From: an uncultured bacterium
Lineage (GTDB): Bacteria > Hydrogenedentota > Hydrogenedentia > Hydrogenedentales > JAEUWI01
Assembly: GCA_963977445.1 (NCBI GenBank)
Contig: CAXBPH010000067.1
Location: 1 to 28,578, forward strand
Direction: 5' to 3'
Length of the DNA stretch: 28,578 bases
Within the stretch, counting starts at the first letter, position 1, and each line of letters starts with the position of its first letter. The notes beneath the pieces are model-generated. The model did no database searches and was not told the origin of the DNA. It saw nothing but the letters and a program-made list of their open reading frames with translations. Position numbers and translations under genes: made by a program. Below are positions 17,184-26,531 of this stretch, one piece after another.

Positions 17184-17402
17184 TTGCAAGCTCCTGACAG
17201 TTCATGTCCCAGAGTCGAAGAGGACCCCACCCATAAGACCGAAACGTGTACAAGAGCGCGGGTATCCCTGTCGGATCCAACGTGCGCCTTGTCGGGTCCG
17301 TTTGATAAACTAGCGACTCACGCCAGTTAATGCAACACCCACGGTCCCTCCCCCCAATTACGCCGGGTCGGGCCGTATGGACGGAATAAGGAAGAGACCA
17401 GC

Positions 17403-18227
17403 ATGTCAGCAATCGAGTGGACCGCAGTCAACGAGTATTCGGATATTCTTTACCACAAGGCGGAGGGGATCGCGAAGATTACGATCAACCGGCCCCATGT
17501 GCGCAATGCCTTTACGCCGACCACGAACGATGAAATCAGCGACGCCCTCCGGGACGCCCGCTTTGACCCGGAAATCGGGTCCATCATCCTCTGTGGCCAG
17601 GGCAAAGAAGCCTTTTGCTCGGGAGGCGATCAGAAGGTCCGGGGTGATTCGGGCTATGTGGATGGGGGCACGGGCGCCCACCGCCTCAACGTGCTGGACC
17701 TCCACCGCCAGATCCGCACCCTGCCCAAGCCGGTCATCGCCATGGTGGCGGGTTATGCCATCGGCGGGGGCAACATTCTGGCCATGGTCTGTGACCTGAC
17801 TATCGCGGCGGACAATGCCATCTTCGGCCAGACGGGCCCCAAAGTGGGCTCTTTCGACGCGGGCTATGGCTCGTCGCACCTGGCGCGCATGGTGGGCCAG
17901 AAGAAGGCCCGGGAGATCTGGTTTCTCTGTCGGCAATACAATGCCCAGCAGGCGTTGGAAATGGGCCTGTGCAACACGGTGGTGCCCTATGATCAACTGG
18001 AAGAAGAAACGGTCCAGTGGTGCCGGGAAATTAACGCCAACTCCCCCACGGCCATCCGGTGCCTGAAGGCGGCCCTCAACGCCGACGAAGATGGCCAGGC
18101 AGGCCTCATGGAGCTGGCCGGAAACGCCACCTCCCTGTTTTACCAGTCGGAAGAGGGACAGGAAGGCCGCAATGCCTTCAACGAAAAACGCAAGCCTGAT
18201 TTTTCGAAGTTCCCCCGGAACCCGTAA
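17403..18227 (+). CDS. menB: 1,4-dihydroxy-2-naphthoyl-CoA synthase
   Basis: [64 protein letters not shown] and EGRNAF..KRKPDF. Purine-rich RBS upstream. Confidence 0.97.
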   Translation: MSAIEWTAVNEYSDILYHKAEGIAKITINRPHVRNAFTPTTNDEISDALRDARFDPEIGSIILCGQGKEAFCSGGDQKVRGDSGYVDGGTGAHRLNVLDLHRQIRTLPKPVIAMVAGYAIGGGNILAMVCDLTIAADNAIFGQTGPKVGSFDAGYGSSHLARMVGQKKAREIWFLCRQYNAQQALEMGLCNTVVPYDQLEEETVQWCREINANSPTAIRCLKAALNADEDGQAGLMELAGNATSLFYQSEEGQEGRNAFNEKRKPDFSKFPRNP

Positions 18228-18254
18228 CAAACTAATGCGGATGCCGTTCAAGCA

Positions 18255-18297
18255 CGTTGTCCCCGCGTGCGCGAGGATGACGGCCTTCGGCCTTTTT
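18255..18297 (+). terminator. possible intrinsic terminator or REP-like hairpin between menB and menA
   Basis: Imperfect stem CGTTGTCCCCGCG / CGCGAGGATGACG, followed by GGCC-TTC-GGCC and TTTTT. Confidence 0.35.
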
Positions 18298-18406
18298 GCA
18301 TAATCTTGCTCCACTTGGAGTCAATCGACAGACCCATGCGCGGGTGCTACGGGGACAGCCGTTACAGGCAGTTCTCAATGTGCCGCCGGATGAAAGAATT
18401 ATTACT

Positions 18407-19288
18407 GTGCATCCCGTTAAGATATGGCTATTGGCTTCACGGCCCAAAACGCTGGCCGCTGGCCTGACGCCGGTATTAATCGGTAGCGCGATGGCCGCAT
18501 CGGCTGGTGGATTTCACGCCCTCGCGGCCGTGAGCGCTGCCCTCGGGGCTCTCCTCATCCAGATTGGTACCAACTTTGCCAACGACTACTTTGATTATGT
18601 GAAGGGCACCGACACCGAGGAGCGCGTCGGACCTACCCGTGCGACCCAGGCGGGTCTGGTCTCCCCGAAGACCATGCTCTTTGCCACGATACTCGTCTTC
18701 GCCCTCTCCTTTGTTCCCGGAGCCTACCTCATCTTTCGGGGCGGCTGGCCCTTCCTCGCTATCGGCATTGTTTCGGTCATTTGTGGGGTCTTATACACGG
18801 GCGGCCCCTATCCCCTCGGCTATCTGGGGTTGGGTGACCTCTTCGTGCTCGTCTTTTTTGGTCCCGTGGCCGTTGGGGGCACCTACTATGTACAAACCCT
18901 GACGCTGAGCAGCGATGTGCTTGTTGCCGGACTTATTCCGGGCTTGTTTTCAACGGCCATTCTCACGGTGAACAATCTGCGTGATGCCGACACCGATGTG
19001 AAGACGGGAAAAAAGACCCTAGCCGTTCGTTTTGGTAAGCCCTTCGCCCGGCTGGAATATCTCTTCTGCCTCCTTGTGGCGGGCATCGCATTGCCCATTT
19101 ATCTCTGCCTCAAGTCGGGCGAAAACAACGCGGCGCTCATCGCCCTCGCCGCCATGCTCCTGGCCATTCCCATGGTGAAGAAGGTGTTTAATTCCAATGA
19201 TGGTGAGGTGCTGAATGGCGTGCTCGCGGGCACCGGAAAACTGCTGCTGATCTTTTCCATTCTTTTTTCCATCGGGTGGCTCTGGTGA
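18407..19288 (+). CDS. menA: 1,4-dihydroxy-2-naphthoate polyprenyltransferase
   Basis: WLLASRPKTL, NFANDYFDYVKGTD, YTGGPYPLGYLGLGD and NNLRDADTDVKTGKKTLAVR, with multiple hydrophobic helices. GTG 18407 is preferred to TTG 18296. Confidence 0.93.
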   Translation: MHPVKIWLLASRPKTLAAGLTPVLIGSAMAASAGGFHALAAVSAALGALLIQIGTNFANDYFDYVKGTDTEERVGPTRATQAGLVSPKTMLFATILVFALSFVPGAYLIFRGGWPFLAIGIVSVICGVLYTGGPYPLGYLGLGDLFVLVFFGPVAVGGTYYVQTLTLSSDVLVAGLIPGLFSTAILTVNNLRDADTDVKTGKKTLAVRFGKPFARLEYLFCLLVAGIALPIYLCLKSGENNAALIALAAMLLAIPMVKKVFNSNDGEVLNGVLAGTGKLLLIFSILFSIGWLW

Positions 19289-20433
19289 GGATCGCCAAGG
19301 CCGAGATTTTTCAATACACCCTCGACCTCCAGACCCCCATACCGTTGCGGGGCAATTTGCTCCATCAGCGCGCCGGGTTTCTTCTGAAGCTATACGATGC
19401 TGAGGGACACACCGCCTGGGGAGAAGCGGCACCACTCCCCGGATTCAGTCGGGAGAACCTGGATGCGTGCCAGAGAACGCTGGTCATCGCTGCCAGAAGC
19501 CTCATCGCCCGTGACGAAGTTCCTGACGATGGTGCCCTGGATACGCTACCCGTCTTTCAAACCACCATGGCCCAGAGTGCGGCCTACTTCGCCGTAGAGT
19601 CCGCGTGGCGCCAGTTGTTTGCCGCCCAATCCAATTGCCCCCTTTGGCAGCTGCGCGAAGACAGCAGAGATGGGACCCTGTTATTGAATGCCTTGTTGAC
19701 GGGCGACAAGGACACCATCCGCAAGCAGGCGGAACGGGCCATGGCACTCGGATATCGCGCGGTTAAGCTGAAGGTCGGCCGAGAAAAAATGACCGACGAT
19801 CTAGGGCTTCTTAAGATGGTCCGTTCTATCATCGGCCCTGAAACGGAACTGCGCCTGGATGCCAATCAGGTCTGGAGCCTCGACGATGCGATTCTCTTCG
19901 GCAAAGCGGCGCAGCAATCCAATATTTCCTATATCGAGGAACCCTGCACATCGCCCTTTGAGCTACCAGCCTTTCGCGAAGCGACCGGTATCGACTACGC
20001 CATCGACGAATCCATACACCACATTCACGATCGCATCCATGAGCGTACCGCACACGCGGGCGCGGGTCCTTTTCGCGACTTGCCCATCGTGCCCGTCGTG
20101 CAGGGGGCGAAAGCGCTGGTCTGGAAACCAACGCTGATTCACTCGCCGGAATTGGGTAACTTTCTCTTCGAAGAAACCCGGCCCGGCCAAACCAAAATTC
20201 TCGTAATCAGCGGCTCCTTTGAGTCCGGCGTCGGCACCGCGGCCCTGGCTGCTTATGCCGCTATGTTCTCCGCCGAGTCCGTACCCGTCGGCCTGGATAC
20301 CTACCGGTGGCTGGACCCCGACGTGCTCCAACAACGACTCCCCCTGGACGGCGGTGTCGTTGACCTCCATGCCATCCACCAGGCGGGACGGGCTGTCGAT
20401 GAGTCGAAGTTGACTCCGATCTGGCCGACCTGA
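19285..20433 (+). CDS. menC: o-succinylbenzoate synthase (enolase superfamily)
   Basis: WGEAAPLPGFSRE, KLKVGR, LRLDAN, IEEP, IDES, KPT and SFESGVG. The GTG start overlaps the menA stop (GTGA). Confidence 0.9.
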   Translation: MRIAKAEIFQYTLDLQTPIPLRGNLLHQRAGFLLKLYDAEGHTAWGEAAPLPGFSRENLDACQRTLVIAARSLIARDEVPDDGALDTLPVFQTTMAQSAAYFAVESAWRQLFAAQSNCPLWQLREDSRDGTLLLNALLTGDKDTIRKQAERAMALGYRAVKLKVGREKMTDDLGLLKMVRSIIGPETELRLDANQVWSLDDAILFGKAAQQSNISYIEEPCTSPFELPAFREATGIDYAIDESIHHIHDRIHERTAHAGAGPFRDLPIVPVVQGAKALVWKPTLIHSPELGNFLFEETRPGQTKILVISGSFESGVGTAALAAYAAMFSAESVPVGLDTYRWLDPDVLQQRLPLDGGVVDLHAIHQAGRAVDESKLTPIWPT

Positions 20434-20454
20434 CGCCATGGAGTTCCCACGCTA

Positions 20455-21891
20455 ATGGACACGCTCCCATGTCACATCGCCCACTGGGCCCAGGTCGCCC
20501 CATCGTCCATCGCCATCCGCGCGACAGACGGGCCCCTCACTTTTGCCGCGTGGAACAACCGTATCGACCGTGTCGCCACGGCGTTGCGCGCAGACGGCGT
20601 CGGACCGGGAGAACGGGTCGCTCTCTGTCTGGCGGACAACCTCGCCTGTCTGACCCTTATCATGGCCTTACTTCGCAGTGGTGCGGTGGCGTGCCCCATC
20701 AACCCGGCCTTTCCAGCGGCCTACCGACAGGCCCGCCTGTCTCAGCTGGGTTCTCACCGGGTTATCGTCGATACGCAGGAAGCCCAGAAACCGGAAAGCG
20801 GCGAGCTTTCAGCCGCCAGGTTCTTTCAACCTGCGGATGAGGTAAATTCGCCAGAGTCCAGCGACACCCTCATTCAACGGGATGCCCCGGCCATCATAAT
20901 CTTTACCTCGGGCAGTACGGGGGCCCCGAAGGCGGCGGTCCTGAGTTATGGCAATCTCAGCGCGAATGCCGCTCTCTCCAATCAGAATATCTCCTTTGCA
21001 CCCGGAGAGACCTGGCTGCTTTCGCTGCCCCTCCACCACGTCGCCGGCCTTGGCATCTTGTTTCGCGCAATCCAGGCGGGTGCGACGATTGGAATTGCCA
21101 CCGATCCGGGATATCTGGAGCAGGACGCCCTACATTCAGGCGCTACCCACCTGTCGCTCGTACCCCGTCAGTTGGCGCGAATGATGGGCTCGGCGGATGG
21201 TGCCAAGGCCCTTTCGCAGGCCCACGCCATCTTACTGGGAGGCAGCGCCATACCGGGGGATCTTATTGATGACGCCGTTGCGCGGGGGCTCCCGCTCTTC
21301 ACCAGCTATGGCATGACGGAAATGGCAACCCAGGTGAGCACCACCTCGCCGGGTGCCGATGGCGGCCTCCTGAGAACCGCAGGTCGTCCCCTCCATCCGG
21401 AGTCGCTCCGCATAGGCGATGACGGCACCATTGAAGTCAACGGACCCACCCGGTTTCTGGGATACTGGAACGGGGACACCATCAATGCGCCCTTCGACGA
21501 GGCCGGTTGGTTTCGAACCGGAGACCAGGGCCACATCGATACCCAGGGCGTACTTCACGTCACGGGCCGGGTAGACAACATGTTCATCGTGGGCGGAGAA
21601 AACGTACAGCCTGAAGTTATCGAAGGCATTCTTTGCGATATACCTGGCGTACGCCAGGCGGTCGTCCTGCCCTTGCCCCACCGCGAATTTGTGAACACCC
21701 CCATCGCCTTTGTCGACGACATACGGAACAGAACGCCCGAGACGCTTCAAGCCCTCCTCGCCGACCACCTCCCCGCCTACCAGATTCCCCGCCACATACT
21801 CCCGTGGCCAACGGACCTTGCGAACGCAGGCAACAAGATCTCCCGATCGGCCTTTGCCGACGAGGCGTCTCGAATGCTTCCATCCCCGTAG
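20455..21891 (+). CDS. menE: o-succinylbenzoate-CoA ligase
   Basis: AMP-binding motifs FTSGSTGAPKA, LPLHHVAG, SYGMTEMATQV, WFRTGD and GRVDNMFIVGGENVQPE. Position in the men cluster. Confidence 0.9.
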   Translation: MDTLPCHIAHWAQVAPSSIAIRATDGPLTFAAWNNRIDRVATALRADGVGPGERVALCLADNLACLTLIMALLRSGAVACPINPAFPAAYRQARLSQLGSHRVIVDTQEAQKPESGELSAARFFQPADEVNSPESSDTLIQRDAPAIIIFTSGSTGAPKAAVLSYGNLSANAALSNQNISFAPGETWLLSLPLHHVAGLGILFRAIQAGATIGIATDPGYLEQDALHSGATHLSLVPRQLARMMGSADGAKALSQAHAILLGGSAIPGDLIDDAVARGLPLFTSYGMTEMATQVSTTSPGADGGLLRTAGRPLHPESLRIGDDGTIEVNGPTRFLGYWNGDTINAPFDEAGWFRTGDQGHIDTQGVLHVTGRVDNMFIVGGENVQPEVIEGILCDIPGVRQAVVLPLPHREFVNTPIAFVDDIRNRTPETLQALLADHLPAYQIPRHILPWPTDLANAGNKISRSAFADEASRMLPSP

Positions 21892-22002
21892 CCGCCTGGG
21901 ATGTCTGCGCGCGCGCTGCCGCCTTCCAAGTCCCATGACGAAAATAGCGCGCCGAGCCCCAAAATACAACGCCACCGATGGGTTACCGGAGTCCACCAAG
22001 CC

Positions 22003-22056
22003 CCTGTGGGACCTGTGGGACCTGTGGGAACTGTGAGACCCGTGATACCTGTGGGA
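22003..22056. repeat. 9-bp tandem repeat (CCTGTGGGA) x6
   Basis: CCTGTGGGA three times, ACTGTGAGA, CCCGTGATA, then CCTGTGGGA, in the gap between the convergent menE and uronate isomerase genes. Confidence 0.85.
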
Positions 22057-22146
22057 GCTTCCCCCCACTTCAATCCTTCGTGATACTCAACACAAAACTC
22101 TTGTAAATCCTGTCCCGATTCTCCGCGTCATCGCCTTTGGAGATAT

Positions 22147-23418
22147 CTACAGGCTCAGGTCAATAAAGCGCCAGAAGTTTCCACCAAGCAATTGCTCCGC
22201 ATCCCGCTTAATCTCTGCTTCACTAATGGTCCAACCGCCTTCGACGAGGTCGGCATATTTGTGACGCAGGACTTTCGCGATAATTTCCCGTGAATGCTTC
22301 CACTTGTAGATCACCTGATCGAGGACCCGTGCATCAGAGTGCTGAGGAATGATGGATGGTCCGAGCATTTCAAGTCTCATCTCGGTCATTTCCTGGATGA
22401 TACTGGGATTATTCAGAAACCACCAGCATCCGAAGATGAGGAGGTTACGAAACTTCCGCGCGGTTACGCAGAGGGTGTGCTGGTCTTCCCGGGAGAGAGT
22501 GGTGACCATAAATTTGTTATGCGGATATTTGGCGCAAAGGTATTCCACGGGCTCGAGGCGGCACGGCGCGACGCTGTCGCCCGCCAGGCGAAGCTGGGGA
22601 TTAATTTGCCGTGTCACGCCGATCATCATAGCGAAGGGTATGTTGAATTCCCGGGCCACAGGCAGAATGCACTCTTCGATAATGATGCCCCTTGGGGAGG
22701 CATCTGGCATCATGAAGTCCGGAGGTAGGGACACGGCCATATAGAGGGCCTTGAATCGCTTGACCCAATCGGTGAGGAAGCGCCGGATTTCGCTCTTCGT
22801 TTTGTCATTCAAGGTGGACTCTACGTCGTAGCCCTTTTCTTTCAGCATGGTGCAACTGCTACCCCAGGCATTAAGCAGGGGATCGATACGTAACACACCA
22901 TAGAAGCGTTCGTCGGTCTGGTAGTCCCCAGCCCACACAGGCTGCTCCAGGGGGTCGAAGGGGTCGTTGGTCATTACAGCACACTTGAGGCGCGCCACTT
23001 CGAAGACACGGTCGACATGGGCACCGGTCTTCTGTGCCGCGAACCAGGCGCGATAGTCTTTCAGATTGCGGCTCGACACATCGAGGCCCAGAGAATCCAA
23101 CACGGTAATGACGCCGCGACACGCTTCACTGAGGGGACTGTTCTCGATGAACAAGGTCTGCCAGATAACATCGGCCTGCTGGGACTTGCTGAGTGCCCAG
23201 AATTGGTCATAGGGCATGTCGGAGAGTCGAAAAAACTCAGCGACCAGGTAATGATAGGTCAGGAGCTCGTCGATTCCCCAAAGCAGTAGATCGCCAAAAT
23301 CGGTGGCATAGAGGTGGGTATGAATATCCGTGATAAGCGTATTGTTTACCGCATTGTTCACGGCGCCGCGAAGGCCAACGGCATTGCTGCGAGAAAAGCT
23401 TGTGGTGCTGTCGTTCAT
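22147..23418 (-). CDS. uxaC: uronate (glucuronate/galacturonate) isomerase, divergent Bacillus halodurans Bh0493-like type
   Basis: Amidohydrolase HxH motif DIHTH, plus LLTYHYL, MTNDPFD, FGCWWF and PQHSDARVLDQ..YKW. GGAGAG RBS before ATG 23418. Confidence 0.82.
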   Translation of the reverse strand: MNDSTTSFSRSNAVGLRGAVNNAVNNTLITDIHTHLYATDFGDLLLWGIDELLTYHYLVAEFFRLSDMPYDQFWALSKSQQADVIWQTLFIENSPLSEACRGVITVLDSLGLDVSSRNLKDYRAWFAAQKTGAHVDRVFEVARLKCAVMTNDPFDPLEQPVWAGDYQTDERFYGVLRIDPLLNAWGSSCTMLKEKGYDVESTLNDKTKSEIRRFLTDWVKRFKALYMAVSLPPDFMMPDASPRGIIIEECILPVAREFNIPFAMMIGVTRQINPQLRLAGDSVAPCRLEPVEYLCAKYPHNKFMVTTLSREDQHTLCVTARKFRNLLIFGCWWFLNNPSIIQEMTEMRLEMLGPSIIPQHSDARVLDQVIYKWKHSREIIAKVLRHKYADLVEGGWTISEAEIKRDAEQLLGGNFWRFIDLSL

Positions 23419-23491
23419 GGGATTCTCTCCGTATAGTTTCTGAGCGCTGCCACGGTGCCTGGAGGCCCATCGACGGTCGTACGCTGCGCAC

Positions 23492-24538
23492 CTATCTGAC
23501 GACGACATAGTCCTTAAAGGATTCGGTCTGTCGTGTCGTTATTGAGCCATCCTCGCCGTGCAGCAGGAACATTACGGGCAGTTGTAACCGCTCCGCTATG
23601 GCGAGACCTTTTTCTGGACCCAGGACCATCATGGCGGTGGCGTAGGCATCGGCCAGGGCGCATTGGGGATGGAGCACACTTACCGAGGCCGCGCTGTGTG
23701 CCACGGGTTTACTGGTCACGGGGTCGATGGTGTGGGCTACCCGTTTGCCGTCGACCTCGTAAAAATTCCGATAGTCCCCGGAGGTGGCCAGCGCTATATC
23801 GCGAAGTCCAACAATCTCCTGAAGTACCCGACCTTCCGACACGGGCTTTTCGATGGCAATGTTCCAGGGAACACCCGCGCTGTTCAGTCCCGACGTACGC
23901 ACTTCACCGCCCACCTCGACCATAAATCGGTCGAGCCCTTCGGCGCTTAAGGCCTGTGCCACGGCATCCACCGCATAGCCCTTGGCAATACCCGAGAGAT
24001 CACAGTAGACACCATCGGCCAATTTGGTCACCGCGTGGTTGGATTCGTCCAGCGTAATCTTATCTGGACCGACGAGGGCGTGCAGCGTCGCCAACACGTC
24101 TTCCGTTGGGGGATTCAGAAAGGCATCCGGACCAAAGCCCCAGGCGTTCACCAGCGGGCCCACGGTGATATCAAAGGCACCATCGGTCTGCTTATTTACT
24201 TCAAGCGCCAATTTCAGCACCGAAAAGGTTTCTTCGGAGAGGGTAACCGGGACTGCCGCAGGGGACGTGTTAAGTTCTGAAAGTTCTGAGTCGTCTTTGT
24301 AGGTGGACATCTTCCCGTCCACCCGTTTCAGCGTCGTTTCGATGAGCGCTGCCGTAGACGTCGCCAACTCATCGGACAAGGTCGCCACCAGGGAGATGTG
24401 GTAGATGGTGCCCATGATGCCACCCTCGAAGGCTACCGTATCCTCCGCAGGAGTCCGTGCCCCACCACAGCCGATCACGAACAAACACAAAAAGAGCGTG
24501 GTTGCAACCACGCTCTTTCTGGCATTCAAAAAACTCAT
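23492..24538 (-). CDS. apbE: FAD:protein FMN transferase (lipoprotein)
   Basis: Lipobox-like VIGC, plus MGT, GAFDITVGPLVNAWGFG, DLSGIAKGYAVD, EVGGE, ATSGDYRN and ADAYATA. Directly downstream of nqrF. Confidence 0.93.
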   Translation of the reverse strand: MSFLNARKSVVATTLFLCLFVIGCGGARTPAEDTVAFEGGIMGTIYHISLVATLSDELATSTAALIETTLKRVDGKMSTYKDDSELSELNTSPAAVPVTLSEETFSVLKLALEVNKQTDGAFDITVGPLVNAWGFGPDAFLNPPTEDVLATLHALVGPDKITLDESNHAVTKLADGVYCDLSGIAKGYAVDAVAQALSAEGLDRFMVEVGGEVRTSGLNSAGVPWNIAIEKPVSEGRVLQEIVGLRDIALATSGDYRNFYEVDGKRVAHTIDPVTSKPVAHSAASVSVLHPQCALADAYATAMMVLGPEKGLAIAERLQLPVMFLLHGEDGSITTRQTESFKDYVVVR

Positions 24539-24551
24539 GACAGGCCTTCGA

Positions 24552-25775
24552 TCAACCGAAGTCGTCGTATTCGATCATTTCATCTTCCACACCCATATCA
24601 TGCAGCATGTTGGTACAGGCAGCAAGCATCATGGGCGGTCCACAGAGATAGTATTCAATATCTTCCGGCGCGGGATGATCTTTAAGATAGTTTTCGAGCA
24701 ATACCTGGTGGATAAAGCCCGTGTATCCGGTCCAGTTATCTTCTGGAAGGGGCTCCGACAACGCGGTGTGCCAGGTAAAGTTAGGATTCTCGGCCTGGAT
24801 GCCGTCGAAATCTTCTACGTAGAACATTTCGCGAAGACTACGGGCGCCATACCAGAACGTGGCCTTACGGTTCGTCCCAATCCGGCGGAACTGGTCAAAG
24901 ATGTGGGAACGCATGGGCGCCATACCGGCACCACCACCGATGAAGCACATTTCCCGCTCTGTTTCGTGAGCAAAGAACTCACCGAAGGGGCCGGAGATGG
25001 TTACTTCGTCGCCGGGCTTCAAGTTGAAGATGTAGGAGGACATGATGCCAGGGGGAATGCCTTCGCTACGTGGAGGCGGCGTCGCCACACGCACGTTCAG
25101 CATGATAATCCCTTTTTCTTCTGGATAGTTGGCCATCGAATAGGCACGTGTTACCGTTTCGGGGACTTTAGAGGTGTACTGCCAGATATTGAACTTATCC
25201 CAGTCGGGGCGATATTCATCTTCCACGGCAAAGTCTTTGTAGTTCAACTCGTGGGGAGGGCATTCAATCTGAATGTAACCACCGGCGCGAAACGGTACGC
25301 TCTCGCCATCCGGAAGCTCCAGCACCAACTCTTTGATGAAGGTGGCCACGTTATCGTTAGAGCGAACTTTACAGACCCATTTCTTCACCGAGAATACTTC
25401 GGCGGGAATCTCGATGGACATGTCGTTCTTTACTTTAACCTGGCAGGAGAGACGGCAGCCTTCTTTGGCTTCACCACGACTAATCCAACCCTCTTCGGTC
25501 GAGAGCATGGAACCGCCACCATCGTGTACGTTTACCTTGCACACACCGCAGCTGCCCTTGCCACCACAGGCCGACGGAATGAAAATCTTATTGGCCGCCA
25601 ACGTGCCGAGGAGCGTCCCACCGGCGGGCGTCGTAATAGCAGAATTGGGATCGCCGTTGATGGTGATGCTAACGTCCCCGGAGGCCACAAGCTTGGCCTT
25701 GGCCGCCAGCACTACCGCAACGAGCGACAGGATAACGGCGCAGAACATTACCACACCCATGAAAATGGTAATCAT
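24552..25775 (-). CDS. nqrF: Na+-translocating NADH:quinone reductase subunit F
   Basis: N-terminal TM helix, 2Fe-2S motif [44 protein letters not shown] and C-terminal DDFG. AGGAG RBS. Confidence 0.97.
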   Translation of the reverse strand: MITIFMGVVMFCAVILSLVAVVLAAKAKLVASGDVSITINGDPNSAITTPAGGTLLGTLAANKIFIPSACGGKGSCGVCKVNVHDGGGSMLSTEEGWISRGEAKEGCRLSCQVKVKNDMSIEIPAEVFSVKKWVCKVRSNDNVATFIKELVLELPDGESVPFRAGGYIQIECPPHELNYKDFAVEDEYRPDWDKFNIWQYTSKVPETVTRAYSMANYPEEKGIIMLNVRVATPPPRSEGIPPGIMSSYIFNLKPGDEVTISGPFGEFFAHETEREMCFIGGGAGMAPMRSHIFDQFRRIGTNRKATFWYGARSLREMFYVEDFDGIQAENPNFTWHTALSEPLPEDNWTGYTGFIHQVLLENYLKDHPAPEDIEYYLCGPPMMLAACTNMLHDMGVEDEMIEYDDFG

Positions 25776-25909
25776 CCGAAAAACTCCTTAGTGCCATAGT
25801 CCGACGCAACCGCTACCATAATCTCAAACGTTTCGTATTGAGAGTAGCTCAGAACCATAAACCCGGTTGTGGAACATCCACTGTTGCGTCAAGTAGCTTC
25901 GATAAAAGA

Positions 25910-26527
25910 TTAAAGTTGAATACCAGAGAAGGCCATGAAACCAATCGCCATCAATCCGGTAAGCAAGAATGTAATACCCAGACCGCGAAGTCCAGCGGGT
26001 ACATTGCTGTAACGCATTTTCTCGCGGATAGCCGCCAATGCCGTGATGGCAAGCAACCAGCCCACACCGGAACCCAACCCGAAGGTCACGCTCTCGGCGA
26101 AGTTGTAGTCACGTTCCACCATGAAGAGGGAGGCACCCAGGATGGCGCAGTTTACCGCGATCAGGGGAAGGAAGATACCCAGGGACGCGTAGAGTGCTGG
26201 AACGAAACGATCCAGCAACATCTCCACAATCTGCACCATGGCAGCGATCGTGCCGATGAAGGTCAGGAAGGAAAGGAAGCTGAGATCCACGTCTTTAAAG
26301 TCGGCGTAGATCCATTCCATGGCACCGGGCTTAAGAAAGAGCGTGTAGATCGCGTTGTTCAGGGGAACGGTAATGGCCAGCACGAAAACAACGGCGCAGC
26401 CAAGACCGACGGCAGCGTCTACCTTTTTCGAGCAACCCAGAAAGGTACACATGCCCAGAAAGAAGGCCAAGGCCATATTCTCAATAAAGGCAGACGTCGT
26501 AAACAGGCTCAGGTGATGTTCTAACAT
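25910..26527 (-). CDS. nqrE: Na+-NQR subunit E
   Basis: [36 protein letters not shown] and FSGIQL. Confidence 0.96.
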   Translation of the reverse strand: MLEHHLSLFTTSAFIENMALAFFLGMCTFLGCSKKVDAAVGLGCAVVFVLAITVPLNNAIYTLFLKPGAMEWIYADFKDVDLSFLSFLTFIGTIAAMVQIVEMLLDRFVPALYASLGIFLPLIAVNCAILGASLFMVERDYNFAESVTFGLGSGVGWLLAITALAAIREKMRYSNVPAGLRGLGITFLLTGLMAIGFMAFSGIQL

Positions 26528-26531
26528 GATA

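Noticed and set aside
16796..17313. ORFs of 86-94 aa across the psd-menB gap
   Set aside because: They overlap the palindromic element, lack convincing RBSs, and read as non-protein-like. The 39-aa ORF is better supported.
4455..17402. Integrative element or prophage explaining the split men cluster
   Set aside because: No integrase, transposase, tRNA target, phage gene or flanking direct repeat was found by eye.
17406..18314. 302-aa - strand ORF, and similar antisense ORFs at 761-1879, 6413-7414, 11801-12577 and 14350-15210
   Set aside because: Each lies opposite a well-supported gene and shows no family motifs.
22003..22056. Possible CRISPR array
   Set aside because: Units are 9 bp and contiguous, with no spacers and no cas genes.
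21901..22083. Collagen-like (PVGPVGPVG) or SHRSHR-repeat small ORFs
   Set aside because: These are translations of the 9-bp DNA repeat in different frames, with no RBS or other sign of coding.
24405..25799. 464-aa + strand ORF
   Set aside because: Antisense shadow of nqrF with no recognisable motifs. Long shadow ORFs are common opposite conserved genes in GC-rich DNA.
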